Assembly: GCA_002189035.1 (NCBI GenBank) | Contig: NEEC01000007.1 | Location: 2,542,001 to 2,606,000, forward strand | Direction: 5' to 3' | Length of the DNA: 64,000 bases | Source: Utricularia gibba | Lineage: Eukaryota; Plantae; Magnoliophyta | Shown here: positions 51,385-62,839 of the stretch, in pieces | How positions within the stretch are numbered: the first letter of the stretch is position 1 | Layout: each line of letters opens with the position of its first letter | Notes under the pieces: generated by a model | Told to the model about the DNA's origin: nothing | Databases searched by the model: none | Seen by the model: only the letters and a program-made list of their open reading frames with translations | Made by a program: the position numbers and the translations under genes

Positions 51385-52072
51385 TTAATTATGATTTTGG
51401 ATGAGTGACAGTTTACCGGAGGGTGAGGAGGTGAAGAGACTCAACAAGCCGCAGCAATCTTTCCAAGAAGAAGCCTCCGGCGAACCATCGGCAGCAGCCG
51501 GAGCAGAAGCGGGTGTCTCCTCCTCTCCCTTGTTTCAAAATTCAAAATCAATTCGGCGCACAAAGGTGACCTAACCTAATCCGCACTCCAAATTTTGAAA
51601 CAGATGGAAATAATATCTTAAGCTGCATTAGTTCATTTTTGTAAGGTTTATCTATTTTCAAAAGCTAAATTTTAGATTTTTTATTTGATAAATACGTGCT
51701 TTTATATTTAAAATATCTGCTAAATCCGAAATGGAGGACAACGCGGCGGATGATTGAAATCAATCTTACCTCATCATCTAGGGCTCTCGAAACTTCAGTC
51801 GTTTCCGGAGGCTCCGATGATTCTCCGGCAGCGGAGGCAACTGTGTCGGAAGTCGGCAACACGCTCTCCACTTCGCTGATCAGAGACTCCGGAAGGAAGC
51901 TTGCAATCGGTTCCTCTGCTTCGATCAAAGATTCTTTCACCGATTCGACAAACTCGGGCTTCACAGGATCCTCTCCGGCGGCTGCCTCCGCCCTGGACTC
52001 TGCCTCGACCACCGATTCGTAAATCTCTGGCTTGGCAGCAGCATCCTCAGCTTTGTACTCCGGTTCGGCCAT
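51385..52072 (-). CDS. Small acidic Glu/Ala/Ser-rich protein with a C-terminal SWxxCCGL motif (uncharacterised)
   Basis: Exon 1 52072-51770 ends at a strong GAG|GTAAG donor. Exon 2 from 51528 reads GEEETPASAPAAADGSPEASSWKDCCGLLSLFTSSPS. The true C-terminus is uncertain (possible further donor CCG|GTAAA near 51417). Confidence 0.75.
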
Positions 52073-53129
52073 CCAATTCTCGAAGGAAAATGATGGAATT
52101 GGTGGGAAGAAGCTGTTGCCGAGTGGTTCAACTTGGAACCGAATGGACAGAGCTTTCTAGTTGTGTGTTGGCACACGTTGTCGTTTATATATCTTCACTA
52201 GAGTCAGTTGAGCCATCCACTTCAAAAAAAAAAAAAAAAACGAAACACAGTTTAATATATACATTTATAATCTCATTTCCGCTTTCAAACATGCTTGAAA
52301 ACTAATCGAAGAAGTTTTAATGTATATTTAAATATACACATTTAGAAAACTTATTTATCAAACACAATTTTAATCATAATCATATATTACATATTTATTT
52401 AAATCTAAAAAATAAAAATAAAAATATTAATTAAACTAGTCTATTAAAAAAATTCAAATATGATTTAATTGATTTATTAATATGGCTATCTTATCATATG
52501 TGTATAAAAAAATTAACTGTTTTGAATATAATTTATTATTTTAATATATCTGAAATAAAATGATCCTAATTTAATATCTATCATGCTCTTCAAGGACTCC
52601 ATAGAAGGGATCAATAGCTAACAAGGAGAACCAAGTAATGGTTCTTCAATTTTATACTGAAATATATGATTCAAGGAATGAGATGGAAAATAACTCAATA
52701 ATGATGATGTATTCTATTTGTATATTTCCAAAATGATTTTACATTAAAAAATGTTTAAGAAATTCTTAATTGGATGTAGATTAGGTGGGGATGATTATTT
52801 TTTCATCATTGCCCCTTAAAAATCTAAATATTTTTATGGGTAGCTTCCATGAATCATCTATCATCCAAATTCCAATGTCAACTTGGTAAGTGTGGTTCAA
52901 AATGCTATATTTGATGGATACCTAGTTAATGAAGAGGTTAGTGAAAATTATACAGCTGTTTTATATGATATTATATGATTATATTATAAATTTTAATGTA
53001 TTAAATTATTATATAAATTTAATATAATATACATGTTTAAGATATGTAAAAAGTGAATAGTACAATTTTAAATTAGTTATACTCAAAATAATGTACGAGT
53101 GGTCAAGATTATAATTTGATATTAGTTAC

Positions 53130-53420
53130 ATGGAGTCTGCTTTATAATATCAAATTATGTTTTAGATTATATAAAATAGAATTATTTATGAAATTATGGA
53201 AATAATTAGTTTTAAGATTCTAAAACTTTTTTTTATAGAATATTATAAAATTTAATATATATTATAAAGTTTAATAATATTATAATATAAATATATTTTT
53301 AAAATATATAAAAAAATTTAATAATATAGTTTTTATAATTATTTTTTCTTTAATCATTAAAACATAAATTCAATAATTTATAAAATTAATCATAAAATTT
53401 GAATTTATGGTATCTAAAAT
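53130..53420 (+). repeat. AT-rich dispersed repeat, copy C
   Basis: Same shared blocks as copies A and B. Confidence 0.55.
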
Positions 53421-53926
53421 AGAACAGTATCATGATGTAGTAGATTGAATCTTGTTTAATTTCTACCTTTCAATCATAGAGTATGTATTCATCTTATCAA
53501 TTAAATATTATATGTTAATGATGACGGGAGTAATTTTTTGGAAGAAAAAAAAACACTTGGTAATTGGAATTGGAGATCTGGTAATGAACATTCCATTCTT
53601 TAAATACAAATTTATGGCTGAGGGCAGGGAAAAAGATGGGATTTTTAAGTGAAGAAGAATATTTTCTGCGGTTTGGTCCCAAAACTGAAGGCAGAAAGCG
53701 AATGAACGTCGAAGGGGCGCAGGGCCAAAGCCAAGAATGTAAGAATGTTGCTTGCCCATGACAGGTAATGAACGACGGTGAAAACGCTGACTTGTTTAGA
53801 ATTGTGGGGGGTGCTGCCTACTCTCCAGGACAAAGATTTATGGCTTTTTACCGCAGTTAAAACAGTTTTCCGTTTACCCATCTCGTCAATCGTGTCACCC
53901 GCAGGGGGTGAAGGAAGGAAGTATCA

Positions 53927-54700
53927 GTTATATAATACCTCTTCCCCACCTTGCTGGGGAGTGAGTTTTTGAAATGTGTGTTGTGAGAGTGCTTTTGGGT
54001 GCGACTGCACGGAATTGGAAAGGGGAGAAGGGCATGAATTGATATACGGAGGGATCTGTCTTATTCGCATTCTCTTCTTCCTTTTGGTACTCCAGATTTC
54101 TCACATTTCCCCTACCCGAAATCGAAAGGGAAAGATGTGAATTCTAGGGCTTTTTGTTGCTTCACTCGGATGGCGGTTTACCCCGTACCATCATCTCCTG
54201 GGAGCTGGTGCTGTTCTCCCTGGAAAAGGTGAAATCTTTTGTGTAACCCATGATCTGTTTTCATCTGGGGTTTGTGTTTACCCGCTTTCTGAGGGAAAAA
54301 AGAGCGAATGCTCATCTATTTGCATGAAATGCGCTGCCAATGCTATACTTATTTGAATCGTATGTGCTTTTGATGTGATCCCATTGAAGACATTAGGCAC
54401 ATGAATCCTTGTAAGCTTCAAGATGCAGTGGGGTTTCACACATTCGCATCTGAATTTCCGGGTTCTATCTGCAGGGCAAGAAGAGGCTCCGGCCCCAGTG
54501 GCTGGGAAATCCGGCCCCGGAGGACGACAACGACGACAATCACATAGGAATTGAAGGGGAGGTCTGTCTGGTGAACGAGAAACAGATAGTTGGGTGGTTG
54601 GTGTAGGGAATGAAGCAAATTGGTCCGCACATCATACTCTTTGTATACTTGTTGATGGCTGCTGCTGTGTTTTTGTCTGAGCCTTTTGACATTCTGCTCA
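53927..54700 (+). ncRNA. Candidate spliced lncRNA or small-ORF gene
   Basis: TATATAA near 53927, donor AAG|GTGAAA at 54229, acceptor TCTGCAG| ending 54474. Best spliced ORF is only 43 aa (ATG 54170). No homology recognised. Confidence 0.3.
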
Positions 54701-54838
54701 AGAAGATACAGATGACTTGTTTTGGTTGCAGGCAGCAACTAGTTTGATTGAATCACTTTGCGAGAAGCTTCGCCTCTGATGCCTGCAACTAGGCTTGTAT
54801 GGCGCTGCTGCTTCTTCCTATTTTATATTTACAATTAC

Positions 54839-54841
<3 letters not shown>

Positions 54842-54869
<28 letters not shown>
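54842..54869. repeat. (AT)14 microsatellite
   Basis: Read directly from the sequence. Confidence 0.95.
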
Positions 54870-56595
54870 TGCTATTGGGCCTGAAGGATTCGGTTCTCTA
54901 CGGCCCATAACTGTCGTCTCTTTGATGATGGTGAGCCCAAGTAGATAGGGTTGGAGTACACACGCTTTTCTTTTGAAAAAATGATTATTAATTTCATTAA
55001 TGTTTGTGTGTAGTTAATTCTACTAGATTAATCCCCCCTTCCCCGTTTAGGTTAGAGTTACTTTTTTAGTAACTTCTATTTAAGTCGTAACTAATTAGAT
55101 AAGTAGATGATAAATAAATAGTGGTGATTTGCATTGTTAATTATTTAAATAGAAATTATTTTTAAGTCCAAGAAGATAAGATTTGAAAAATATCTCAATG
55201 AATTGGTGCTTATAGAAATATATAGCATTTTGGTTACTTATGAAATAAATTAAAAAATAATTTAATAGATAAGTAAAAGTAGAAATAGAAAATAAAAAAA
55301 CATAAAAATTGGAATAGTTATAAAATAGTTTTTAAGTTTTGCTTTAAATCATGATTAAAAAATAAGTCGTGCAGACAAAAACTTTAATATTATTGTTGCT
55401 AGTGTTGGGATGGGTTGGGAACTTGGGTTTGAAAATGAAGGTTCATAAATCAAGGTTCAATGTGTTTTGTGATTTCTATTCGAAATTGAAATTTCAACCA
55501 ATTCTCATTCGAATTAATCACAACTCTAATGGCATCAAATAACTATAGAAACATTGTGAAACCATGCTCATTTAGGAGTTTTTTATATAACTATCTTACA
55601 ATAAAAAATATAATGATATGTGTTTTCATTGTATAATAATAATTATTGTAAATATTCAATTTTATATTATTATTTCATAAAAAATATCTTGTACAAAATT
55701 AGAATAATTTTTCTTTTTAAACACACTTGCCAATTTGCACGGGTCTAAATATTCGTAAATTATCTACTTCCAACTGATGGTTTTTTTTTTCAAAATTAAT
55801 TTTTAATCATTTTGAATTCGAAAAAATGAGTTGTGTGTGATTATTTTCCTGTAAAGCGGTCAACCCAAGCATGCCGAAAAGGTAAAGGCCAAAGGGGCTG
55901 ACTGTTGCAACGTTTCATTAAGAAGAGATGGTGGGGGTGGGGGCGGGGGCCGTGATCGGAGTGCGACGGCTCAGGCAACTAACTGCAAGGCCTATCATTT
56001 AATGTCGTAAGCTGCATAATTTCTTTTTAGGGTATTCACTACGAGGACCTCTCCTCGGTGGCGCTCCACTGCTCGCGCGCTTTCCCACTCTCAGTTCCAA
56101 CTTCCATGCCTGCCCGCCATTGCTGTTACTGAGAGAGATTCACCTAAACAGTAACAATGTGTTGGTTGGAAAATGCTTTTGTTGCTTTAGAAAACGCAAC
56201 AAAGAACTGGTGTTGGGTTAAAACGGAGGAGAAGAGAACCTGGGCACTGTCTTTTATTTTGTGAGATGCCGAGCTCAATTATCAGCAATGGCAATAAACT
56301 CCTCCATCAAATTTCTAGGACCACACTGTCTCATCATCGCTCTTAGGAGGCTGGATCTCTAGACTCTAAATGACATCTCAGATCCCACTTTCGAATTCTG
56401 GTTTTTCAAGTTCAGCCTCCACCTTGCTCCTAGATAAAATTCCCATTGCATACAGCAACATACGATTTTCCTGAAAAACCGTAAACTTTGTAACATGTAA
56501 TGGTGAGCACTCAGCTCAAGCAAGGGTGCTAAGTGGTTGGATTAGAAGATGATTAACTTTTTTCAAAGCCAGAGCTTGGACACAGGCGCTGGTAG

Positions 56596-56613
56596 TAAAT
56601 GATGGTAAATGCT
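56596..56613 (+). promoter_or_regulatory. Tandem L1-box-like TAAATG cores upstream of the PDF1-like gene
   Basis: TAAATGAT at 56596 and TAAATGCT at 56606. The consensus L1 box is TAAATGYA, so both are variants. Confidence 0.4.
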
Positions 56614-56765
56614 CCTGTGGTGAGCACCAGCTTGTATTTACTTCACTGTCTCCTCAGTAGTGCTCTTTATATTCCACCATTGGATGCTTCACTCTCCATT
56701 CTTACTCTTCGTCACCAATCCCTGGTGTTTTTTTTCTCAAAAGGAACCACAAGAACAAGGCATCC

Positions 56766-57691
56766 ATGGTGACCATGACAATGAAGCTGCCGCTGCCGCT
56801 GCTGCTGCTTGTTTCCATTATCATTTCCCCAGCATTTGCCTCCACTTTTGATGATGACAAGGGCTACTACTCCCAGGATCCCCACTCTCATCATCCCTCC
56901 AAAGGTCACATCTTGTTTCCAACCTCATCATTTGGTTGCTCAAATTTATTCTGCTGGTGCATGTGATGAATTTCAATTCTGAAGCTTAGTACTTATGAAC
57001 TGTCTAAAAATGGTAGGGAGTCCTCCTAGCCGGAGCTCAGGCGGTAGCTACGGCAGCCCTCCAAGCCAGAGTTCTGGAGGTGGTTATGGGAGCTCATCAC
57101 CACCGACGAAATGCGGTAGGACGCCGTCTCCGTCGAGGGCACGCAGCGGCTCAAACAACCAGCCCCCATCCTCAACTCCGGTGACCTACGCTCCACCGGT
57201 CACAACTCCAACTCCATCCATCTCTTCTCCAACTCCTCCGGTGGCTGGTCCAAACTCCCCCGGACCCTTCCCTTGCATGTAAGTATAGAGAAAAGCCACA
57301 TGCACGTAGTTGTCTCAAAACAAAGTAACCATTGTCTTACGTAACTGTGATCGATTCCTCACTCAGCTTCTGGAGAAATCATCCTACAATGGTGTGGAAC
57401 ATAGTAGGCTGGCTAGGGACTCTTGGCAATGTGTTCGGCATCCCTAGCATTCCCGGGTTCGGGCCCCGACCCAACGTGATGCAGGCTCTTTCGAACCCGA
57501 GAACAGACGGGTTCGGAGAGCTGTACCGAGAAGGGACCGCAGCGCTGCTGAACTCCATGGTGCACGCCAAGTTCCCTTACACTACCAGCCAGGTAAGGGA
57601 GAGGTTCATCGCGGCTCTGGGATCCAACGAGGCCGCTGCAGCTCAGGCTCGAGCCTTCAAGATGGCGAACGAGGGTCGGACCGGAGTCTGA
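56766..57691 (+). CDS. PDF1: Protodermal factor 1-like proline-rich cell-wall protein
   Basis: Exons 56766(or 56775/56781)-56904, 57017-57278, 57367-57691. Signal peptide, Ser/Pro/Gly-rich linker, and C-terminal domain FWRNHPT...QALSNPR...LYREGTAALLNSM...F...ANEGR. Confidence 0.9.
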
Positions 57692-58355
57692 GCCGGAAGA
57701 CGAGAAGCAATGAGATTTTAATGTGTTTAGCTGCAGTGTTGAGTTCATTTTCAGTCATGGAGTTTGAGACTAGAAGCAATGGAAGAAGATACTAAGTGAT
57801 GTATGCCTGTTTTCACTACCCTTTTACCTACTCTTTCTAACTAACCACCGCTGCATTCAAAAGTCTGGATGAATCTTCTAGACAAAGGCAATGCTTGTCC
57901 GAATTAGTTTGTGTCAAGGGTTTTCTTCCAGTTGAACAGCAGTACACAGCAACATGACCTGCATAGTCAATAGATAACCATGAACCGGTTAAAGATGATT
58001 AAACCAACTTTTCAAAAAATAGATGTACATGTCAGAGGGGACTGAAGTCTGCGGCAGTAGCACATCATTATGGTCCTTGCAGAATCTGTCAGTGCAGTTA
58101 GAGCAACAGTCAAACAATTGCTTGTCTCCCAACTTTTGGATCGAACGGAGAGGAGGCGTCCCAAAGAGTTGGGACTCTGTAAGGAACTGGATATGCATCT
58201 TACATACAAGTCAAGGGGGGATGACAGTTTAGCAGCGTATGTAGGTAGTATTGTTGTTTCATCTAAGAGTACTGAGTTACACTATCGCAACATCGAAATT
58301 TCGAAAGTCATGGCCTCCTAGGATGAGCCGTAAACAACTGACAAATACCGTATTG

Positions 58356-60431
58356 TCAACTCGATTCATAAGGTAAAGAAAACAAAGGATTGGCAGGAGT
58401 TTTTGGATCAGTTCCTGCAGGGGGGGAATGGTGGTACCTGTTAGTATTGGAACGAAAAGGAAGAGGTGGGGAGGGGGCAGATATACCTTCCATTGTGCTG
58501 CTTAGCCAGTCCTTAGAGCAGACCAACGCTTGCAGGGTTTCAGGCACAAGAGAGTTCCAGGAACGATCAAGAGGTCTATCACCAGTGTCAAATAGCGATT
58601 CTGGGGAGGCTTTTGAGATTGGGATCCCGAGGATGTTGCGAGCCATCATAGAAAGAACAGGGTATCTTGGTTCGTGAACCTTCCACCAGTTCAGTATGTT
58701 AAGATCACCACTGCGCGGAAAAACTGGCTCCTCCAAATATTTGTCCAAGTCCGATTTTGTGTTTTGATTAACTGAAGTTTCATGTAGGAACTTATCGAAC
58801 CCAGTGAGTCTGTCCTTAGCAGTACCATCACCATTTTCAGAACTCAAGCTTGATCCATGAGCAGCAGCTAATGGTGAGTAAATGATATGACCATCATAGA
58901 GTGCTTTCATACAATTTGAAACGATATCGATGCAAGCTGGTGCACTATCCCCATAAATCTGTGGATAGTAATACTCCACCAGTTTCATCTTGAAACGAGG
59001 GTCTAAGATTGCAGCGATCGCCATTATCAAGCTGCATTTCTTCCAATATTCATCAAAACTGGACTTCAGCTTTAATGCCAGAGAGCTAATGAAGTCATCA
59101 GACTTCTGGCACCATTCAATCAACTTGAGATGAATATCACAAATCTCCGCAAAAAACGAGTTTGCAGTAATATGCTTGCTTCCCACAAACACATTGGAAA
59201 CTTCACTAAAGAATTTGAGTACGCTCATAATCGACCTTAATCTGTCCCAATCCAAACCAGAAGACCATGTCGAGAACTCAGGGTCATGCTCTTGCAGTTG
59301 ACGAAAAACTTCTTTGTATTCTAAAACCACTTCAAGCATCATGTATGTTGAGTTCCACTTGGATGGGTTATCATCCAGCAAACCCCGTAGCAAATCAATG
59401 CCAAGTAACTCAACTATCTCATTCAACTTTTCATGTGTTGGCTGCGATCCCTTAACATATCGAATTGCCTCTCGAACCTTATTGATCATCTCACATGAGG
59501 TTTCCAGAACTTGTAGAACCAACAACTTGACAGTACTTGCTGCACACCGCACATCAAACAGCTGGCCTTCGCACATGAGAAACCTATGCTGCAAAAGCTG
59601 CTCTCTCATTCTGGAAATGGCAGCGTCATAAACAGATGAGTTATCCATCGTCAATGAAAACAACTTACGATCAATATCCCAACTCCTCAGACTTGTCATG
59701 ATTGATTCTGAAAGCGGTAGGTCTACTGCTTGGGAAGGATCGATCACCAAAAAGTTCAATGTCTTCTTCTTCAATTCCCAACAATCATCAATATAGTGTG
59801 CTATTAGGCATAAATATTCCATGCCCTCATTTGTAATCCATTTGTCAACACTAAGACTGACCTTTCCAGATAATTTATCCAACTCCTCGTACACTCTCTG
59901 CTTCTCACTTCTATAAATCTCCAGACAAGTAGCTTCTAAATCACTAACCGTCATTAGATCAAAGAAAGGTTGAAGATTTCGAACAAACGTCCTGAATCCG
60001 ATGTCATCAACTATGTATAGAGGATAACCATGCAATATAATCATGCGCGCCAGATCTATCTGACTCCTCCTACAATCAAAGCTCAAACTTTTTGCATACC
60101 CAACATTAATACCTCCTTCTGCAGCAACAGTGACCATTCCACTCTTCATTGATGGTTGGCTATGACTAAAGCTGGAGAGAGCTTGCGAAGTCTGCTTCTT
60201 CTTGCCCCTGGTTAACAGCTGACTCACATCATGGTTTGATCTCCTACGACAGCGAATCAAGTGGTTTCTCAAATGGGAAGTCCCGCTCGTACTTGAACCA
60301 CTGAGTACTCGCTTGCAGTGCCTACATATTGCGGAAAACGTTTCTCCCTTTTTAACTCTATCGAAATCATTCCATACTACAGATTTCAGCCTACTAGAAT
60401 TGACAACCACTGCTTCCTCTGGAACCTCCAT
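58356..60431 (-). CDS. BED zinc finger / hAT-dimerisation protein of the domesticated SLEEPER (DAYSLEEPER/RICESLEEPER-like) family
   Basis: 691-aa intact ORF. BED finger (VWNDF...CRHC...GTSHLRNHL..C), IILHGYPL, AILDPRFKMKLVEY, LNWWK...YPVLSMMARNILGIP. Probable 5' UTR intron ~60985-60450. Possible donor GAAG|GTATAT near 58486, so the last ~43 codons may be intron read-through. Confidence 0.92.
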   Translation of the reverse strand: MEVPEEAVVVNSSRLKSVVWNDFDRVKKGETFSAICRHCKRVLSGSSTSGTSHLRNHLIRCRRRSNHDVSQLLTRGKKKQTSQALSSFSHSQPSMKSGMVTVAAEGGINVGYAKSLSFDCRRSQIDLARMIILHGYPLYIVDDIGFRTFVRNLQPFFDLMTVSDLEATCLEIYRSEKQRVYEELDKLSGKVSLSVDKWITNEGMEYLCLIAHYIDDCWELKKKTLNFLVIDPSQAVDLPLSESIMTSLRSWDIDRKLFSLTMDNSSVYDAAISRMREQLLQHRFLMCEGQLFDVRCAASTVKLLVLQVLETSCEMINKVREAIRYVKGSQPTHEKLNEIVELLGIDLLRGLLDDNPSKWNSTYMMLEVVLEYKEVFRQLQEHDPEFSTWSSGLDWDRLRSIMSVLKFFSEVSNVFVGSKHITANSFFAEICDIHLKLIEWCQKSDDFISSLALKLKSSFDEYWKKCSLIMAIAAILDPRFKMKLVEYYYPQIYGDSAPACIDIVSNCMKALYDGHIIYSPLAAAHGSSLSSENGDGTAKDRLTGFDKFLHETSVNQNTKSDLDKYLEEPVFPRSGDLNILNWWKVHEPRYPVLSMMARNILGIPISKASPESLFDTGDRPLDRSWNSLVPETLQALVCSKDWLSSTMEGISAPSPPLPFRSNTNRYHHSPPAGTDPKTPANPLFSLPYESS

Positions 60432-61724
60432 AACAAAGCTAAATTCTCTCTGTATCCAAATCAGTCGACCAACAACAGGAAGCTAAGCCATTTCTCCCAC
60501 ACACAATCCAAATCTGCCAAAAAGGAAAGACCATTAGCATCGAAAGAACTTCCAAACATCCGGACAAAGAACCCCGGACCCTAAGTGAACACAAAAAAGA
60601 GGGAGCTTTCAAATTTCAATGAAGGAACGACAGTGGACATGCAAAGTGAACTGAAAGCCGTCGTTCCAATAGCCTCGTTGATAAACAAACACAAAACCCA
60701 GGCCCGAGTTCAGAAACCATTAAAACCCGACCTGCAACAACCAATTCGACCCACCCGCAATTTTTAACAAGTGGATCGGTCGCTCAAATCACCAACTCCG
60801 GATCCGCCTGACTCTTATCAGCGACGTGAATCAAATCCCGGACTTCGGGTCTGAATCCGAAACGTTTCCTACATTACACAAATTAAGAATCACCTTAAAA
60901 ATTGAGCGCCGGAAAGTGAAAAGCTTCTTACGAAACTAGGGCTCCTCTAAGGTTAGGTTCTCATTTCCGCCTCCGTAGGGCTTACCGAAGGGAGATTCAG
61001 CCGATTCCGAAGAATTCTACAACAGGGGAACACGAAATCTGGGGCCAAAACGGAACTCTTGTAAAGGGAGGAGGGAATCTTTTCGAATAAAATTTTCTGG
61101 AATGCTAACAAATATTTGCAAATAAAATTATTGGAATTCTTCCTTCATTTTCATTTTAACATCTCTCAACAAAAATCTGATCACTTTGTTCTTAGCATCC
61201 TCCTTTAAATATTCTCTAAAAGATTTTTTCTATTTGGTTGTATTTTTAGAATAAAGTAATTCGTATTGGATAATAAAAATTATTTCAAATATAATTTTGA
61301 TAGTCTTTTTAAAAAAATAATTTTTTGCAGTAATATAAATTTTTGTATATATTATACCTATGATTAATTAATGAAATTTTTATTTCTTATAAATACATTT
61401 AATTCATTTGTAAAACTTATTTATTAAACATATTTTTAATTATAGTAATATAATATATGTTTCTATGAATACAAATAATTCAGATATATAATTAATTAAA
61501 TTATTCTATCAAATGTAACTATATCATGTTTCAAATGTATTATGCCTTTTTTGCTAGGTATATTTGTGGTATCCTACCTGATTGTTTTCCTCCTGATCCT
61601 TGCCTTTGGAGGAAAAGAAGCCTTTGCCTCTTCACTGCAGATATGCTTTCCTTGCAGCAGCAACTCAGCTGGCGCTATAAGAAAAGGTTTTTGAATCTAA
61701 GGAACTTGCAGCGCACAACTCGGC

Positions 61725-62511
61725 ATGGGAGTTCTTGGAGCCATTGCAAGACACACGGATGCGATCGTCGGGTAGGTTACATGCTTCTTAGCCCCAATGT
61801 TTTTCGTCGGTTTTTCCGACGCGATTGATCGAATTGAAGCTTCTTGATGCTGTGCAGGCCAGGAGTGATGCTTCTCTATCCCCTGTGAGACATCTAAGCT
61901 TCAAAGAAGGATTAAACTCGTTGGTTTTTTTGATATGATGATGAACAAGGATCACTGAATCCGTCCCTTGTCTCAGATATGCGTCCATCAGAGCAATAGA
62001 GAGCCCTTCTAGTCTTGATGATCAGCAGTGGCTCACATACTGGGTGCTCTACTCCCTGATCACGCTGTTCGAACTTACCAGTTGGAAGATCCTTCAATGG
62101 TATGTATGGTTTTGCATCCAAAGATGATCTAAAAGGGATTAACAGCAGGGGTCCTGTTTCTCCTGCAGGCTACCATTCTGGCCTTACCTGAAGCTCCTCA
62201 TCTGTCTGTGGCTGGTCCTGCCCATGTTCAATGGGGCAGCTTATGTGTATGACTGTGTAGTCAGGAAGTACTTGAAGTTCAGGATTGAAGAACGGCCGAA
62301 TCAGCCGGGAGATCAACGACGAATCCTTCAGATGATAAACCCTGATGCCAGGAAGTCTGTTGAGAGATACATAGAGAATTATGGCCAAGAATCATTTGAC
62401 AGGGTTGTCAAAGCGGTAAGGGGGTTATTATCTGAACATTCAGACCATGAGACACATGTAAATTGAATGAAAATGCTGCAGGCTGAGAGAGAAGCAAGGA
62501 AACAGCACTAG
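61725..62511 (+). CDS. HVA22F: HVA22-like protein f (REEP/DP1/Yop1 family)
   Basis: Five exons: 61725-61771, 61858-61884, 61977-62099, 62169-62415, 62482-62511. MGVLGAIAR..DAIVGPGVMLLYPLYASIRAIESP..LDDQQWLTYW...LPFWPYLKL...QRRILQM...DARKSVERYI...AEREARKQH*. Confidence 0.93.
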
Positions 62512-62839
62512 GAGCATAATGGCTTCCGCACATGGAGAATACAAAGAATTTAGTTGATGTGGATCCTGTGTCTAGTCCTTGCTACCGTGACTGAATGGAT
62601 ATGAACTTCACTTTCTTTGTACAGCTTTATAGATATTATATGCTTTAATGCACTGGTTTCGTAGTTTTAAGGAAAACCAACGAAAGCAACAACAAATTTC
62701 AACTGATGGACCTCAGCAAGATTTCAACACAACTTCAAGAAGGTTATAGTAAGTAGCAGAAACAAAGATGGAATTCATAATTCATGAGAGTGAATAGAGC
62801 TAGCTCTTCAACCACCTATCTAAGGTAATACAAATCATA

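Noticed and set aside
54725-54789. 10-bp inverted repeat GTTGCAGGCA / TGCCTGCAAC
   Set aside because: The stem is too short and the interior pairs poorly. It matches no miRNA I recall.
58356-60431. Interpretation as an active autonomous hAT transposon
   Set aside because: No TIRs or TSD seen, CxxH lost, gene-like 5' leader with an intron, and close resemblance to a conserved host gene family.
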